DNA of 64,000 nt, taken from the NCBI GenBank assembly GCA_000990005.1, contig LBPF01000003.1:71479-135478 (forward strand), given 5' to 3'. The notes beneath the pieces are model-generated. The model was given only the letters and a program-made list of their open reading frames with translations, was not told where the DNA came from and searched no databases. Made by a program: the position numbers and the translations under genes. This stretch comes from Candidatus Woesebacteria bacterium GW2011_GWB1_33_38. Its GTDB lineage: Bacteria > Patescibacteriota > Microgenomatia > UBA8517. Below, piece by piece: positions 29,882 through 39,787 of the stretch. Every line of letters starts with the position of its first letter. Positions within the stretch are counted from its first letter, which is position 1.

Positions 29882-30415
29882 ATGAATATTTCTTGGACGA
29901 AAATAAAGGAAGAAAGATACAAAGCTAGAGCTGGTTATAGAAAATTAATTACTAAAACTTTCGATTATCCAAATGGACATAAAGCTGAATATGACATACT
30001 AGACGATAATGGTGCTGTCTGCGTTCTAGTTTTAACACCAAAAAGTGATGTGATCATGGTAAAAGTTTACCGTCCAGGACCCGAAAAAGTTTTAATGGAA
30101 ATGCCCGGAGGTTTTATTGATATACACGAAGATCCTCAAACAGCAGTAGAAAGGGAGTTGATTGAAGAAACCGGATATGAAGGGGAAATAGAGTTTGTGG
30201 GTAAAACTTATGATGACGCATATTCAAATATGGTTAGGTACTGTTATATTTCAAGAAATAGTAAAAAAATTAAAGAACCTAATTGGGATGATGACGAAGG
30301 TAGCATGGAAATTGTTAAAATTTCACTTTCTGAATTTAGAAAACATTTAAAGACAGGTGAAATGACAGATGTTGAAGTTGGCTATTTATGTTTAGATTAT
30401 CTAAATCTTCTTTGA
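29882..30415 (+). CDS. NUDIX hydrolase (ADP-ribose pyrophosphatase-like)
   Basis: PGGFID..EDP..AVERELIEETG Nudix box. Confidence 0.93.
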   Translation: MNISWTKIKEERYKARAGYRKLITKTFDYPNGHKAEYDILDDNGAVCVLVLTPKSDVIMVKVYRPGPEKVLMEMPGGFIDIHEDPQTAVERELIEETGYEGEIEFVGKTYDDAYSNMVRYCYISRNSKKIKEPNWDDDEGSMEIVKISLSEFRKHLKTGEMTDVEVGYLCLDYLNLL

Positions 30416-30430
30416 TAAAATATTGTAAAA

Positions 30431-30503
30431 CAGAGCGTGGCGCAGTTGGTAGCGCGCTGCTATGGGGTAGCAGAGGTCGCTGGTTCAAATCCAGTCGCTC
30501 TGA
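30431..30503 (+). tRNA. tRNA-Pro(GGG), CCA not encoded
   Basis: Acceptor CAGAGCG/CGCTCTG, D-loop TGGCGCAGTTGGTAGCGC, anticodon arm CTGCT-ATGGGGT-AGCAG, T-loop GGTTCAAATCC; followed by CAA. Confidence 0.96.
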
Positions 30504-30558
30504 CAAGTGTATGAATCAGTGTATTGACTTCGGTTAACTTTCGGTATTTAATTAAATT

Positions 30559-31404
30559 ATGATCCACACTGCCATATGCAATTTTTGTAAAAAGGATGTT
30601 CATAAAAGTGTTGGTAGACTCAATGAAGAAAAGAAACTTGGCTGGAAAAGTTATTGTTCAAGAGAATGTTTGGGAATGTCTCGAAGAAATAGAAAAGATC
30701 TTACGTGTTCAAGGGCTGGTTGTAAAAACAAATTTTTTCGTGTTTTTAATCAATATCGACGATTTAAAAATCACTACTGCTCTCATAGATGCTTAGCCAT
30801 TGTTGTTAATTCAAGAAGAATTTTAAAATCTAAGCAAAAATGTAAACTATGTAACAATTTTTTAAAATATGGAAAGACTTATTGTTCACCTAAGTGCAAA
30901 CAATTAGGAATGACACAGAGTGGGGAGTTTTTATTAAGTTGGATAAGACAGTTTTACAAAGATCATTCAAGAATTCCATTGAAACGTGAATGTATTCATT
31001 ATCATGCTGTCAGAATAAGATTTAAAGGTTGGAACAATGCAATACTTGTAGCTGGTTTTGATCCAAATCCTGTAATGTTTGCTAAGAAATATTTAGCTAA
31101 TGACGGTCATAAATGCGATTCTTTATCAGAACGAATAATTGACGATTGGTTGTCAAGAAGAAATATAAATCATCAAAGAAGTGTTCCTTATCCAAACAAT
31201 GAACAGTTCACTGCTGATTTTGTCGTAGATAAATATTGGATTGAATTTTTTGGCTTAAGCGGAGAACTAAAAAGATATGATTATTTAAAAAGAAAGAAAT
31301 TAAGACTTGCGAAAAAACTAGATTTAAACTTAATCAAGTTGTACCCAAAAGACCTTTTTCCAAAAGGTAACTTAAATAATGTTTTAAAAATATTGATAAG
31401 TTAA
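30559..31404 (+). CDS. Multi-Zn-finger protein with homing-endonuclease-associated repeat and C-terminal PD-(D/E)XK-like nuclease domain
   Basis: Three YCS..C repeats with CxxC pairs; RFKGWNNAILVAG; DSLSERIIDDWL...ADF...IEFFG. Confidence 0.72.
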   Translation: MIHTAICNFCKKDVHKSVGRLNEEKKLGWKSYCSRECLGMSRRNRKDLTCSRAGCKNKFFRVFNQYRRFKNHYCSHRCLAIVVNSRRILKSKQKCKLCNNFLKYGKTYCSPKCKQLGMTQSGEFLLSWIRQFYKDHSRIPLKRECIHYHAVRIRFKGWNNAILVAGFDPNPVMFAKKYLANDGHKCDSLSERIIDDWLSRRNINHQRSVPYPNNEQFTADFVVDKYWIEFFGLSGELKRYDYLKRKKLRLAKKLDLNLIKLYPKDLFPKGNLNNVLKILIS

Positions 31405-31471
31405 AATATTTATCGTATTCCTCAACAAAAAAGACTCTTGAAGATTTTTTGCGTTGTGATATATATGTTAT

Positions 31472-31717
31472 ATGTCTAGTGAACACAATTTACATATTTC
31501 TAAGGAAGGCGTAAGGTTCGCCGTTACTTCTGGTGTTCTGATTGGAGCAGGTGTGTTTTTCCCTCCAGCTTTTGTTTTGGGAGTTGCAACTGGAGCTGTT
31601 GGATTTTTAAGAGAAAGAGGTAGGTTAAATGATATTAAAGTTAAAAATTTTATTTCTAAACTCCAAGATCCTGTTGAAGGACGCGAAGAACGAAAATTTC
31701 TAGGTTTGGAAGAGTAG
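31472..31717 (+). CDS. Small orphan membrane protein (81 aa)
   Basis: Gly-rich hydrophobic segment; promoter-like TTGAAG...TATAT upstream. Confidence 0.6.
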   Translation: MSSEHNLHISKEGVRFAVTSGVLIGAGVFFPPAFVLGVATGAVGFLRERGRLNDIKVKNFISKLQDPVEGREERKFLGLEE

Positions 31718-31786
31718 GATTATTATTTAGTTTTCAATTTTTCCTTCTTGCATTTGGGGAAAGTTCGTATTAATCTGTAACAGCAA

Positions 31787-32872
31787 ATGGCAAAGAAAAA
31801 GTCAGAACCAATTGAGGCTCCAGTAAAACAAGAAGGAAATATAGCCAAACTTCAGGCAATTAAAATTGCTATGGAACAGATTGATAAAGCATATGGCAAA
31901 GGTTCCATTATGAGACTTGGGGAAAGTAGCAAAAATGTTGCCATGGATGTTATTCCAACAGGTTCCATTGCTCTTGATTTAGCTCTTGGTGTTGGTGGTT
32001 TACCAAAAGGCAGGATTGTAGAAATATATGGTCCAGAAGCATCAGGTAAAACTACCCTTGCCCTAGCAGTTGTAGCCGAAGCACAAAAATTGGGTGGACA
32101 GTGTGCTTTTGTTGATGCGGAGCATGCCTTAGATCCTCAGAGAGCTGAGATAATGGGAGTTAACCTTGATGATCTCTTGCTTTCTCAACCCGATACAGGT
32201 GAACAAGCTTTAGAAATTACAGAGACTCTTATTCGTTCTGGAGCAATTGATGTAATAGTTGTTGATTCAGTTGCCGCTCTTGTTCCACGAGCAGAACTTG
32301 AGGGTCAAATGGGAGACGCTGTAATGGGTCTTCAGGCCCGTTTAATGTCTCAAGCTTTGAGAAAATTAACTGGAGCAATTAGTAAATCTAAAACAATTTT
32401 AATATTTACAAACCAATTAAGACAAAAGATTGGAGTGATGTTTGGAAATCCTGAAACAACAACTGGAGGTTTGGCTTTAAAGTTTTACGCTTCAGTAAGG
32501 CTTGATATAAGACGTGTTGAGTCAATTAAAGATGGAGATAATGTGATAGGAACAAGATCTCGAGTACGAGTTGTTAAAAACAAAGTTGCACCTCCTTTAA
32601 AAGTTGCTGAGTTTGATATTATGAATGATGAAGGAATAAGTAAATCAGGCAATCTTTTAGATGTCGCGGTTGATTTGGGAATAATCACAAAGTCTGGGTC
32701 ATTTTTCAATTATGATGGTAAAGTTTTAGCTCAAGGGAGAGAAGGGGCAAAAGCACATATTAAAGAAAATGAAAAGTTTGCTCACGAAATAGAAAAAAAG
32801 ATTAGGGATTTGGCCACCTCAGGTAAAAAGCTTCCTAAAGAAATTGGCGAAGAAGAAAAAGACGAAGAGTAA
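31787..32872 (+). CDS. recA: Recombinase RecA
   Basis: [33 protein letters not shown]. Confidence 0.99.
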   Translation: MAKKKSEPIEAPVKQEGNIAKLQAIKIAMEQIDKAYGKGSIMRLGESSKNVAMDVIPTGSIALDLALGVGGLPKGRIVEIYGPEASGKTTLALAVVAEAQKLGGQCAFVDAEHALDPQRAEIMGVNLDDLLLSQPDTGEQALEITETLIRSGAIDVIVVDSVAALVPRAELEGQMGDAVMGLQARLMSQALRKLTGAISKSKTILIFTNQLRQKIGVMFGNPETTTGGLALKFYASVRLDIRRVESIKDGDNVIGTRSRVRVVKNKVAPPLKVAEFDIMNDEGISKSGNLLDVAVDLGIITKSGSFFNYDGKVLAQGREGAKAHIKENEKFAHEIEKKIRDLATSGKKLPKEIGEEEKDEE

Positions 32873-32887
32873 TATAATTGGTTTACC

Positions 32888-33514
32888 ATGCCAATTATAA
32901 CTTCGATAAAACCACAGAAAAACAACAAGCGCGTAAATATATATTTGGACAATGAGTTTGGCTTTGGTTTAGACCTTGAAAATTTTGTTAAGTTTCATTT
33001 AAAAGTTGATCAGGAGTTAACAGATGAACAAATAACAAAAATAGTTAAAGATGCTGAGTTTCAAAAAATATTGGACAAGCTTTTAAGATTTGCAATGCTT
33101 AGGCCAAGAAGCAAAAAAGAAATAAATGATTATCTCAAAAGAAAAAAAGTTCACGAAAACATAAAAGAAGAACTTTTTAGTAGATTAGAAAGTTTCGAGT
33201 TAATAAATGATGAACAGTTTGCAAAATGGTGGGTGGAACAAAGACAGTCATTTTCTCCAAAATCAAAAAGAGTTTTGAGTTCAGAACTTTTAATAAAAGG
33301 AATAGATAGGGAAATAATTAAAAATATTTTAGAAGAAACAAAAATAGATGAAGTAAAACTAGCTAAAGATTTGATAGAACAAAAAAGTTATAAGTGGGAG
33401 AAATTAGATGACAAAATAAAGCGACAAAAAATCAATCAATATCTTGCTGGAAAAGGCTTTAGTTGGGAAATTACCAGTAATGTATTAGAATTGAACGATT
33501 ATGGTAGAAAATAG
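32888..33514 (+). CDS. recX: Regulatory protein RecX
   Basis: RPRSKKEI, INDEQFA..WV, LAGKGF; follows recA. Confidence 0.92.
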   Translation: MPIITSIKPQKNNKRVNIYLDNEFGFGLDLENFVKFHLKVDQELTDEQITKIVKDAEFQKILDKLLRFAMLRPRSKKEINDYLKRKKVHENIKEELFSRLESFELINDEQFAKWWVEQRQSFSPKSKRVLSSELLIKGIDREIIKNILEETKIDEVKLAKDLIEQKSYKWEKLDDKIKRQKINQYLAGKGFSWEITSNVLELNDYGRK

Positions 33515-33737
33515 TGGTGGAAGAAAAATCCCATTTGTTAGGATACCTGGTAGGCATATTACTGCTGATGAGGCCACAAAAGCCGTTATCGCCGGAGTTT
33601 GCCATGGTATAGCTTTTTATTCAGGTACTCCAGAAATTCCAGCCTTGATTTTAAATGGATTTGGGATGGCTATTAGTTTTACGACAAATGATTTAATGGT
33701 ATTTGAAGCTATGGATAAAAATGAAGAAAATTTATGA
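33501..33737 (+). CDS. Small orphan hypothetical protein (78 aa)
   Basis: ORF filling the recX-rny gap, with hydrophobic segments. Confidence 0.55.
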   Translation: MVENSGGRKIPFVRIPGRHITADEATKAVIAGVCHGIAFYSGTPEIPALILNGFGMAISFTTNDLMVFEAMDKNEENL

Positions 33738-33808
33738 TATAATCCTCATTAGGAGAATGGATATGGGTAAATTAATTACATTTGCTTCTCAAAGCCACTC
33801 CGCTATAT

Positions 33809-34972
33809 ATGGCTACACAGAATGATTACATTAAAAAGTTAGAACAGGTTTCTAAGATGACTGCTGACGAGGCAAAAAAGGCTCTTTTGGATGAAGTGCA
33901 ACGTGATTTAACTTCAGAAATTGCCAAAAAAATAAGGGCTGCTGAAGAAAGAATAAAACTTGATGCTCACGAAAAAGCAAATGAAATATTAGCCGACGCT
34001 CTAAAACATGGAGTTACCACATTTGTTGCTGAATATACTGTTTCCTCAATCATTGTTCCCAATGAAGAAGTAAAAGGAAGAATTATAGGAGCTGAGGGAA
34101 GAAATATTAGAGCTTTCGAAAAAGATGCTGGAGTTGAAATTTTAATTGATGAAACTAATGAAATTAGAATTTCTTCTTTTGACTCTGTTCGACGCGAAGT
34201 GGCAAAGAGGGCTTTGGAGATTCTCATTAAAGATTCAAGAATCCAACCTAGTAGGATTGAAGAAGTAATGAAATTAACTAGGGCTAACATGAAAGACGTT
34301 CTTCTTGAAGAAGGTAAGAAAATTGCTGAAGAATGTGGCGTTTATAATCTTCCAGTTGACCTCCTTCGCTTAATTGGAAAATTTAAGTTTAGAACTTCAT
34401 ATGGACAGAATTTAGGTCATCACACAATTGAGGAAACCAAAATGGGTATCGCTCTTGCAGAAGAACTTAGCGTCAAAGTTGACGTTGTTCGTTTAGGTTG
34501 TCTACTCCACGATATTGGTAAGGTTGTTACAGACGAAGAAGGAAATCATATCGATGTTGGTGTAACAACAGCTAAAAAGTTTGGTATTCCAAAAGAGGTT
34601 GTTAATTGTATTGCTGAGCATCATGAAGATAAGCCATTTTCGTCAATTGAAAGTTATCTTGTTTGGGTAGCTGATGCCGCTTCTGGATCTCGTCCTGGAG
34701 CTAGGTATGAACCCCATGAAGGATATGTTAAAAGAATGGACAAAATTGAAGAATTGGTTAAAGGTTTTGAAGGTGTTGAAACGGCTTATGCATTTCAAGC
34801 AGGTAGGGATGTTAGGGTGTTTGTAGACCCAAATGAAGTGGATGATGACAGGTTAACAGTCTTAGTCCACGAAATTACCCAAAAGCTTGAAAAAGAGGCA
34901 GAATATGCAGGTCAAATTAAAGTGACAGCAGTTAGAGAAACAAGAGCAGTTGACACCACATCGGCTAAATAG
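33809..34972 (+). CDS. rny: Ribonuclease Y (KH + HD), lacking the N-terminal TM anchor
   Basis: KGRIIGAEGRNIR, RTSYGQN, LLHDIGK, SRPGAR, AFQAGRDVRV. Confidence 0.96.
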   Translation: MATQNDYIKKLEQVSKMTADEAKKALLDEVQRDLTSEIAKKIRAAEERIKLDAHEKANEILADALKHGVTTFVAEYTVSSIIVPNEEVKGRIIGAEGRNIRAFEKDAGVEILIDETNEIRISSFDSVRREVAKRALEILIKDSRIQPSRIEEVMKLTRANMKDVLLEEGKKIAEECGVYNLPVDLLRLIGKFKFRTSYGQNLGHHTIEETKMGIALAEELSVKVDVVRLGCLLHDIGKVVTDEEGNHIDVGVTTAKKFGIPKEVVNCIAEHHEDKPFSSIESYLVWVADAASGSRPGARYEPHEGYVKRMDKIEELVKGFEGVETAYAFQAGRDVRVFVDPNEVDDDRLTVLVHEITQKLEKEAEYAGQIKVTAVRETRAVDTTSAK

Positions 34973-34986
34973 TATATTAACGATTA

Positions 34987-35262
34987 ATGACAAAAAGAGA
35001 AATTGTTGAGTTGGTATCAAGAAAAGCCCATTTAACTAAAAAAGCTGGGGAGGAAGCTGTTGATGTTTTTTTGGCAGAAGTTGGTAGAGTTTTAGCTAAA
35101 GGGGAAAAAGTTGTACTTTCAGGTTTTGGAACATTTAGGGTTATTTCCATGAAAGGTAAAACTGTAAAAATTCCAAATACTGAGAAACTTGTAACAATTA
35201 AAACACATAGGTCTCCACGTTTTACTCCAGGAAAAACTCTCAAAAGACAAGTAGCTCGTTAA
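34987..35262 (+). CDS. hup: HU-family DNA-binding protein
   Basis: MTKREIV, GEKVVLSGFGTF, PRFTPGKTLK. Confidence 0.94.
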   Translation: MTKREIVELVSRKAHLTKKAGEEAVDVFLAEVGRVLAKGEKVVLSGFGTFRVISMKGKTVKIPNTEKLVTIKTHRSPRFTPGKTLKRQVAR

Positions 35263-35281
35263 TGATATAATTCTTTCTAGA

Positions 35282-36268
35282 ATGAAGAAAGCAATCGTTG
35301 TAAGTCATTTGATCAAAAATTTTGAAATTCTTGAAAAAGGAACAGGATTTAAAAATTCATTTGCCTCACTACTTCATCCTAAAAAAAGAATTATAACGGC
35401 TGTCAATGACTTGTCCTTTACTATTCAAGAAGGTGAACTTGTGGGGTTTATTGGTCCAAACGGAGCAGGTAAAACTACAACCTTAAAAACCCTATCAGGA
35501 CTTCTTTATCCCACTTCTGGTTTTGTATCAGTAATGGACTTTAATCCTTGGGAAAAGTCCCCCGATTTTTTAAAGCAAATCTCTCTTGTAATGGGACAGA
35601 AGAATCAACTTTGGTGGGATTTACCTGCCATGGAATCATTTGAGTTAAATAAAGAGATTTATGAAATTTCAAATAAAGAATTTGAAAAAAACTTGAATGA
35701 GTTAGTGTCACTCCTTGGTGTTTCTCAATTTCTTCAAACTCAGGTAAGAAAATTGTCACTTGGTCAAAGAATGAAAATGGAATTAATTGCAGCCTTAATT
35801 TACAAGCCCAAAGTACTTTTTTTGGATGAACCAACAATTGGACTTGATTTAATCGCCCAACAAAATTTGAGAGATTTTATTTATCAATATAATAAAAAAT
35901 ACAATGCTACAATAATTTTAACCTCACATAATATGAAAGACTTAATTGACCTGACAAGAAGGGTAATTGTTATAAATGATGGTCGACTTATTTTTGACGG
36001 TGCCCTTGAAGATTTGACTCTAAAGTTTGCTCAAGACAAATTAATCAAAGCAAAACTCTCAGATGAAATAGATATTAAGCGTTTGGAAGAAATAGGGATG
36101 GTAAAAAAATTCGAATATCCCGAGCTTATAATTTCTGTACCCAGAAGTACTGTAGCCATTGCAGCTTCTGAACTTTTGCAAAATTATCCAATTTCTGATC
36201 TGACAATTGAGGAATTACCCATCGAAGAAGTAATCAGTACAGTTTTCAAACAATCGAAAGGCTTTTAG
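35282..36268 (+). CDS. ABC ATPase (ABC-2 exporter)
   Basis: GPNGAGKTT, LSLGQRMK, LDEPTIGLD. Confidence 0.95.
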   Translation: MKKAIVVSHLIKNFEILEKGTGFKNSFASLLHPKKRIITAVNDLSFTIQEGELVGFIGPNGAGKTTTLKTLSGLLYPTSGFVSVMDFNPWEKSPDFLKQISLVMGQKNQLWWDLPAMESFELNKEIYEISNKEFEKNLNELVSLLGVSQFLQTQVRKLSLGQRMKMELIAALIYKPKVLFLDEPTIGLDLIAQQNLRDFIYQYNKKYNATIILTSHNMKDLIDLTRRVIVINDGRLIFDGALEDLTLKFAQDKLIKAKLSDEIDIKRLEEIGMVKKFEYPELIISVPRSTVAIAASELLQNYPISDLTIEELPIEEVISTVFKQSKGF

Positions 36269-36270
36269 TA

Positions 36271-37074
36271 ATGGGTAAATACTTAAAGGTTTTAGGAATT
36301 TCATTTCAGCAAGAGTTTGCTTATAAATTGAATTTTATAATGTGGAGAGTTAGAAATGTGATGCAAGTTTTAGTCTTTTTTTTTCTCTGGAGTTCTGTTT
36401 TCCAAAATCCTGATGCAAATTATTTTGGTTACAATAAAGAAAAGATCATAGCTTATGCCTTTTTATTAATTTTTGTTCGTGCAATTACCATGTCATCCAG
36501 ATCAGTTGATGTCGCTGGAATTATTTCAAATGGTGAACTTTCTAATTTACTTCTAAAACCTATTAATTTCTTTAAATATTGGATAACAAGGGATATATCG
36601 TCTAAGTTTTTAAATATTATATTTTCTTTCGTTGAAATTACATTTTTGTTTTTAATATTAAAACCAGAAATATTTATTCAAACTAACTTTATAAACATAA
36701 TGCTTTTTGTCGCATCACTTTTAATTGCCTCATTAATTTTTTTCTCAATTGCCATGTTAACTAGTTTTGTACCATTTTGGATACCTGAAATATCTTGGGG
36801 AGCTCAATTTTTAGTAATTGTTATATTTGTAGAATTCCTGTCGGGTGCATTCTTTCCTTTAGATGTTTTCCCCACTCTTGTTCAAAACATATTGAAATTT
36901 ACTCCATTCCCTTATCTTGTTTTTGTTCCCATTCAAACATATTTAGGAAGTCAAAACATTCATTTAAATTTGTTAAGTTTGGGAATTGGTGCCATGTGGG
37001 CAGTAATTTTGTTGTTTATAACAAAGATGGTTTGGCAAAAAGGATTAAAAGTATATGAAGCAGTCGGAAGATAA
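36271..37074 (+). CDS. ABC-2 family permease
   Basis: Multi-TM, GELSNLLLKP, SGAFFPLD, YEAVG. Confidence 0.88.
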   Translation: MGKYLKVLGISFQQEFAYKLNFIMWRVRNVMQVLVFFFLWSSVFQNPDANYFGYNKEKIIAYAFLLIFVRAITMSSRSVDVAGIISNGELSNLLLKPINFFKYWITRDISSKFLNIIFSFVEITFLFLILKPEIFIQTNFINIMLFVASLLIASLIFFSIAMLTSFVPFWIPEISWGAQFLVIVIFVEFLSGAFFPLDVFPTLVQNILKFTPFPYLVFVPIQTYLGSQNIHLNLLSLGIGAMWAVILLFITKMVWQKGLKVYEAVGR

Positions 37075-37864
37075 TTTTAAAATTTTAAAAAGATACCTAA
37101 GAGTTTATATTAAAATGGCTACAAATTCTTTCGTTGTCTGGCTTGCCCGAAGAAGTGCTTTTATAATCTTTTTAATTGGTAAAATTGTTAGGTATTCATT
37201 TTATTTTGGATTTTTAATTTTTCTTGTTAAAAGTACAAATGGTTTTGCAGGTTACACAGGTAATCAAATACTTTTTTTTACTGCAACATATGTGTTGATT
37301 GATACTTTAGCTCAATTTCTATTTAGGTCAGTTTATTCGTTTAGACAACTTGTAGTAAGCGGAGATTTGGATTTAGTTTTGGTTAAGCCAATTAACCCTC
37401 TTTTTAGAAGCTTATTTGGTGGTGCTGACCCCGTTGATTTAATTACACTTCCTGCAATCATCTTCGTGGTTGTTTATATTGGTTCTTTGCTCTCACCTAC
37501 CTTACTACATACTACATACTACATACTACTTGTCATCAACGGTTTAGTTATTTCAGCCTCTTTTCATATTGCAGTCTTATCACTGGGCATAATAACTATG
37601 GAAATTGATCATACCGTAATGATCTATAGAGATCTTGTTTCGATGGGCAGGTTACCAATTGATATTTACAAAGAACCTTTCAAAAGTCTTTTAACTTTCA
37701 TTGTTCCTGTTGGAGTAATGGTTACAATTCCAGCAAAAGCTCTAATTGGTTTAGTTGGCCCTGTTGGTGTAGTTTCCTCACTTATTTTCGGCTTAGCACT
37801 TTTATTTTTTTCAATTAAATTTTGGCATTATGCACTTAAAAAATACACCAGCGCCAGTAGCTAA
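37055..37864 (+). CDS. ABC-2 family permease
   Basis: GDLDLVLVKP, PIDIY, KYTSASS. Confidence 0.88.
   Translation: MKQSEDNFKILKRYLRVYIKMATNSFVVWLARRSAFIIFLIGKIVRYSFYFGFLIFLVKSTNGFAGYTGNQILFFTATYVLIDTLAQFLFRSVYSFRQLVVSGDLDLVLVKPINPLFRSLFGGADPVDLITLPAIIFVVVYIGSLLSPTLLHTTYYILLVINGLVISASFHIAVLSLGIITMEIDHTVMIYRDLVSMGRLPIDIYKEPFKSLLTFIVPVGVMVTIPAKALIGLVGPVGVVSSLIFGLALLFFSIKFWHYALKKYTSASS
37503..37530. repeat. Heptamer tandem repeat (TACTACA)x3 + TACTACT within the permease
   Basis: Directly visible; encodes LHTTYYILL. Confidence 0.9.
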
Positions 37865-38792
37865 GCTGTTGATTATTTGTGGACCAACTGCTACAGGGAA
37901 AACAAAACTTGGCATATTTTTGGCCCAAAAATTCAATGGCGAAATAATTTCTGCTGATTCAAGACAGGTTTATAAATTCATGGATATTGGAACAGGCAAG
38001 GAGTGGGGCGACCTGCCTGCCGGCAGGCAGGACGTGCCAATACATGGCTATGACTTAGTTGATCCTTGGAAAAGTTTTTCTGTTTTTGAATATTCAATGT
38101 TTGTGAGAAAGACTCTGGATGATATTTGGAAAAGAGGCAAACTGCCAATTCTGGTTGGTGGCACCGGTCTTTACATAAAAGCAATTGTAGAGGGGATTGA
38201 CACTTTAAATATTCCAAAAAACGCTGATTTAAGAGAAAGTTTAGAAGAAAAAAATACTTTCGAGTTATATGAAAAGCTGGCAACCTTGGATAGCAGTAAG
38301 GCTGCAAGTTTAAATATTTCAGACAAAAATAATCCCAGAAGATTAATTAGGGCAATTGAAATTGCAATTTGGAAAATATCTAACGAACAGGAAGTAAACA
38401 AAGCCAAAAGTAATCAAGGTGTAATGGACACTTTGTTTATCGGTTTGAATTATCCAGTAGACCAAATATCCAATTTAATTACGAGTAGGGTCGAGAAAAG
38501 AATAGAGCAAGGTTTTATAGATGAAGTTGAGGATTTACTTAAAATGGGAGTATCTTGGAAAATGCAATCAATGAATGCTTTGGGCTATAGCGGAGCCGAA
38601 GGCTTTTTTAAAAACGGATTAACGTATGAAGAATTTGTCGAAAAATGGATAGAAAGCGAAATAAATTATGTTAAAAGACAATTAACTTGGTTTAAAAAGA
38701 ATAAAAAAATTAACTGGTTTGACTTAACTAAACCAAAGCAGTTGGAAAAACTAGAAAAATTAGTAGAAAAATGGGATAATACTAAACTATGA
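37830..38792 (+). CDS. miaA: tRNA dimethylallyltransferase
   Basis: GPTATGKT, SADSRQVY..MDIGTGK, VGGTGLY, YVKRQLTWF. Confidence 0.97.
   Translation: MHLKNTPAPVAKLLIICGPTATGKTKLGIFLAQKFNGEIISADSRQVYKFMDIGTGKEWGDLPAGRQDVPIHGYDLVDPWKSFSVFEYSMFVRKTLDDIWKRGKLPILVGGTGLYIKAIVEGIDTLNIPKNADLRESLEEKNTFELYEKLATLDSSKAASLNISDKNNPRRLIRAIEIAIWKISNEQEVNKAKSNQGVMDTLFIGLNYPVDQISNLITSRVEKRIEQGFIDEVEDLLKMGVSWKMQSMNALGYSGAEGFFKNGLTYEEFVEKWIESEINYVKRQLTWFKKNKKINWFDLTKPKQLEKLEKLVEKWDNTKL
38012..38031. repeat. Perfect 20-bp palindrome CCTGCCTGCCGGCAGGCAGG inside miaA
   Basis: Self-complementary; encodes LPAGRQ; second copy in rplF. Confidence 0.9.
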
Positions 38793-39763
38793 TACGAAAA
38801 GTTGAGATATCTTACAAAACCATTGTTTTTACTGCAGTTTTTGTTGCATCTTTATGGTTTATTTATTCAATACGAGATATAGTACTTCAACTTTTTGCAT
38901 CTCTTTTGTTAATGACGATTTTGAACCCAATTGTTAAGAAACTTTCAAAGATAAAAATTCCAAGAAGTTTATCAATTCTGGTTTCTTATGTGGTAATATT
39001 TGGTTTGTTTGGATTCGCGATTGGTATACTTCTTCCCCCACTTGTTGAACAAACAACTAATTTAGCAAATAATTTACCTAAATATTTGAGTGATTCTGGA
39101 ATTACAAAATATGCCAACGGTGATATTTTAAAGGAGATTGTTTCTCAATTAGGTACAGTACCTAGCCAAGTTATTAAAGCTGGATTTTCATTCTTTGCAA
39201 ATATTTTAAATATTTTAACAGTCTTGATTTTTGCTTTTTACCTACTTCTAATTAGAGATAAATTTGATAAAAATCTAGAAAGCATTTTTGGTAAAGAAAA
39301 AAGCCTCGATGTTTCAAAAATAATAGATGAACTTGAATTAAGACTTGGTGGATGGGCAAGGGGACAGTTATTATTAATGCTTTTGGTAGGAATTTCAAGT
39401 TATATTGGTTTTGTTATTCTAGGAATTCCTTTTGCTCTTCCACTGGCTTTACTTGCTGGAATTTTTGAGATAGTACCCTATTTAGGGCCTATTGTTGCCT
39501 CAATTCCTGCGATTATATTAGGATTTAGTATTTCACCTTTTGTTGGTGGAGCTTCAATTGGGTTAGCGGTTTTAATTCAACAACTTGAAAATTATGTCTT
39601 TGTTCCTAAAATAATGGAAAAATCAACAGGTGTCTCCCCAATTATTATTCTTTTGGCTTTAGCCATTGGCGCAAAGCTTGCAGGAATTACTGGAATGGTT
39701 ATGTCAATACCAATAGTTATTATAATCCAAGTTTTACTTCAAAACCGTTTCCAAGAAAAATAA
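38789..39763 (+). CDS. AI-2E family transporter
   Basis: GWARGQ, IVPYLGP, QQLENYVFVPKIM. Confidence 0.92.
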   Translation: MIRKVEISYKTIVFTAVFVASLWFIYSIRDIVLQLFASLLLMTILNPIVKKLSKIKIPRSLSILVSYVVIFGLFGFAIGILLPPLVEQTTNLANNLPKYLSDSGITKYANGDILKEIVSQLGTVPSQVIKAGFSFFANILNILTVLIFAFYLLLIRDKFDKNLESIFGKEKSLDVSKIIDELELRLGGWARGQLLLMLLVGISSYIGFVILGIPFALPLALLAGIFEIVPYLGPIVASIPAIILGFSISPFVGGASIGLAVLIQQLENYVFVPKIMEKSTGVSPIIILLALAIGAKLAGITGMVMSIPIVIIIQVLLQNRFQEK

Positions 39764-39787
39764 GCCTTAAATTTGATATAATACCCT

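Noticed and set aside
31748-31786. LexA box at the recA promoter
   Set aside because: A -35/-10 pair (TTGCAT-N17-TAATCT) is present, but no clear CTGT-N8-ACAG or GAAC-N4-GTTC site
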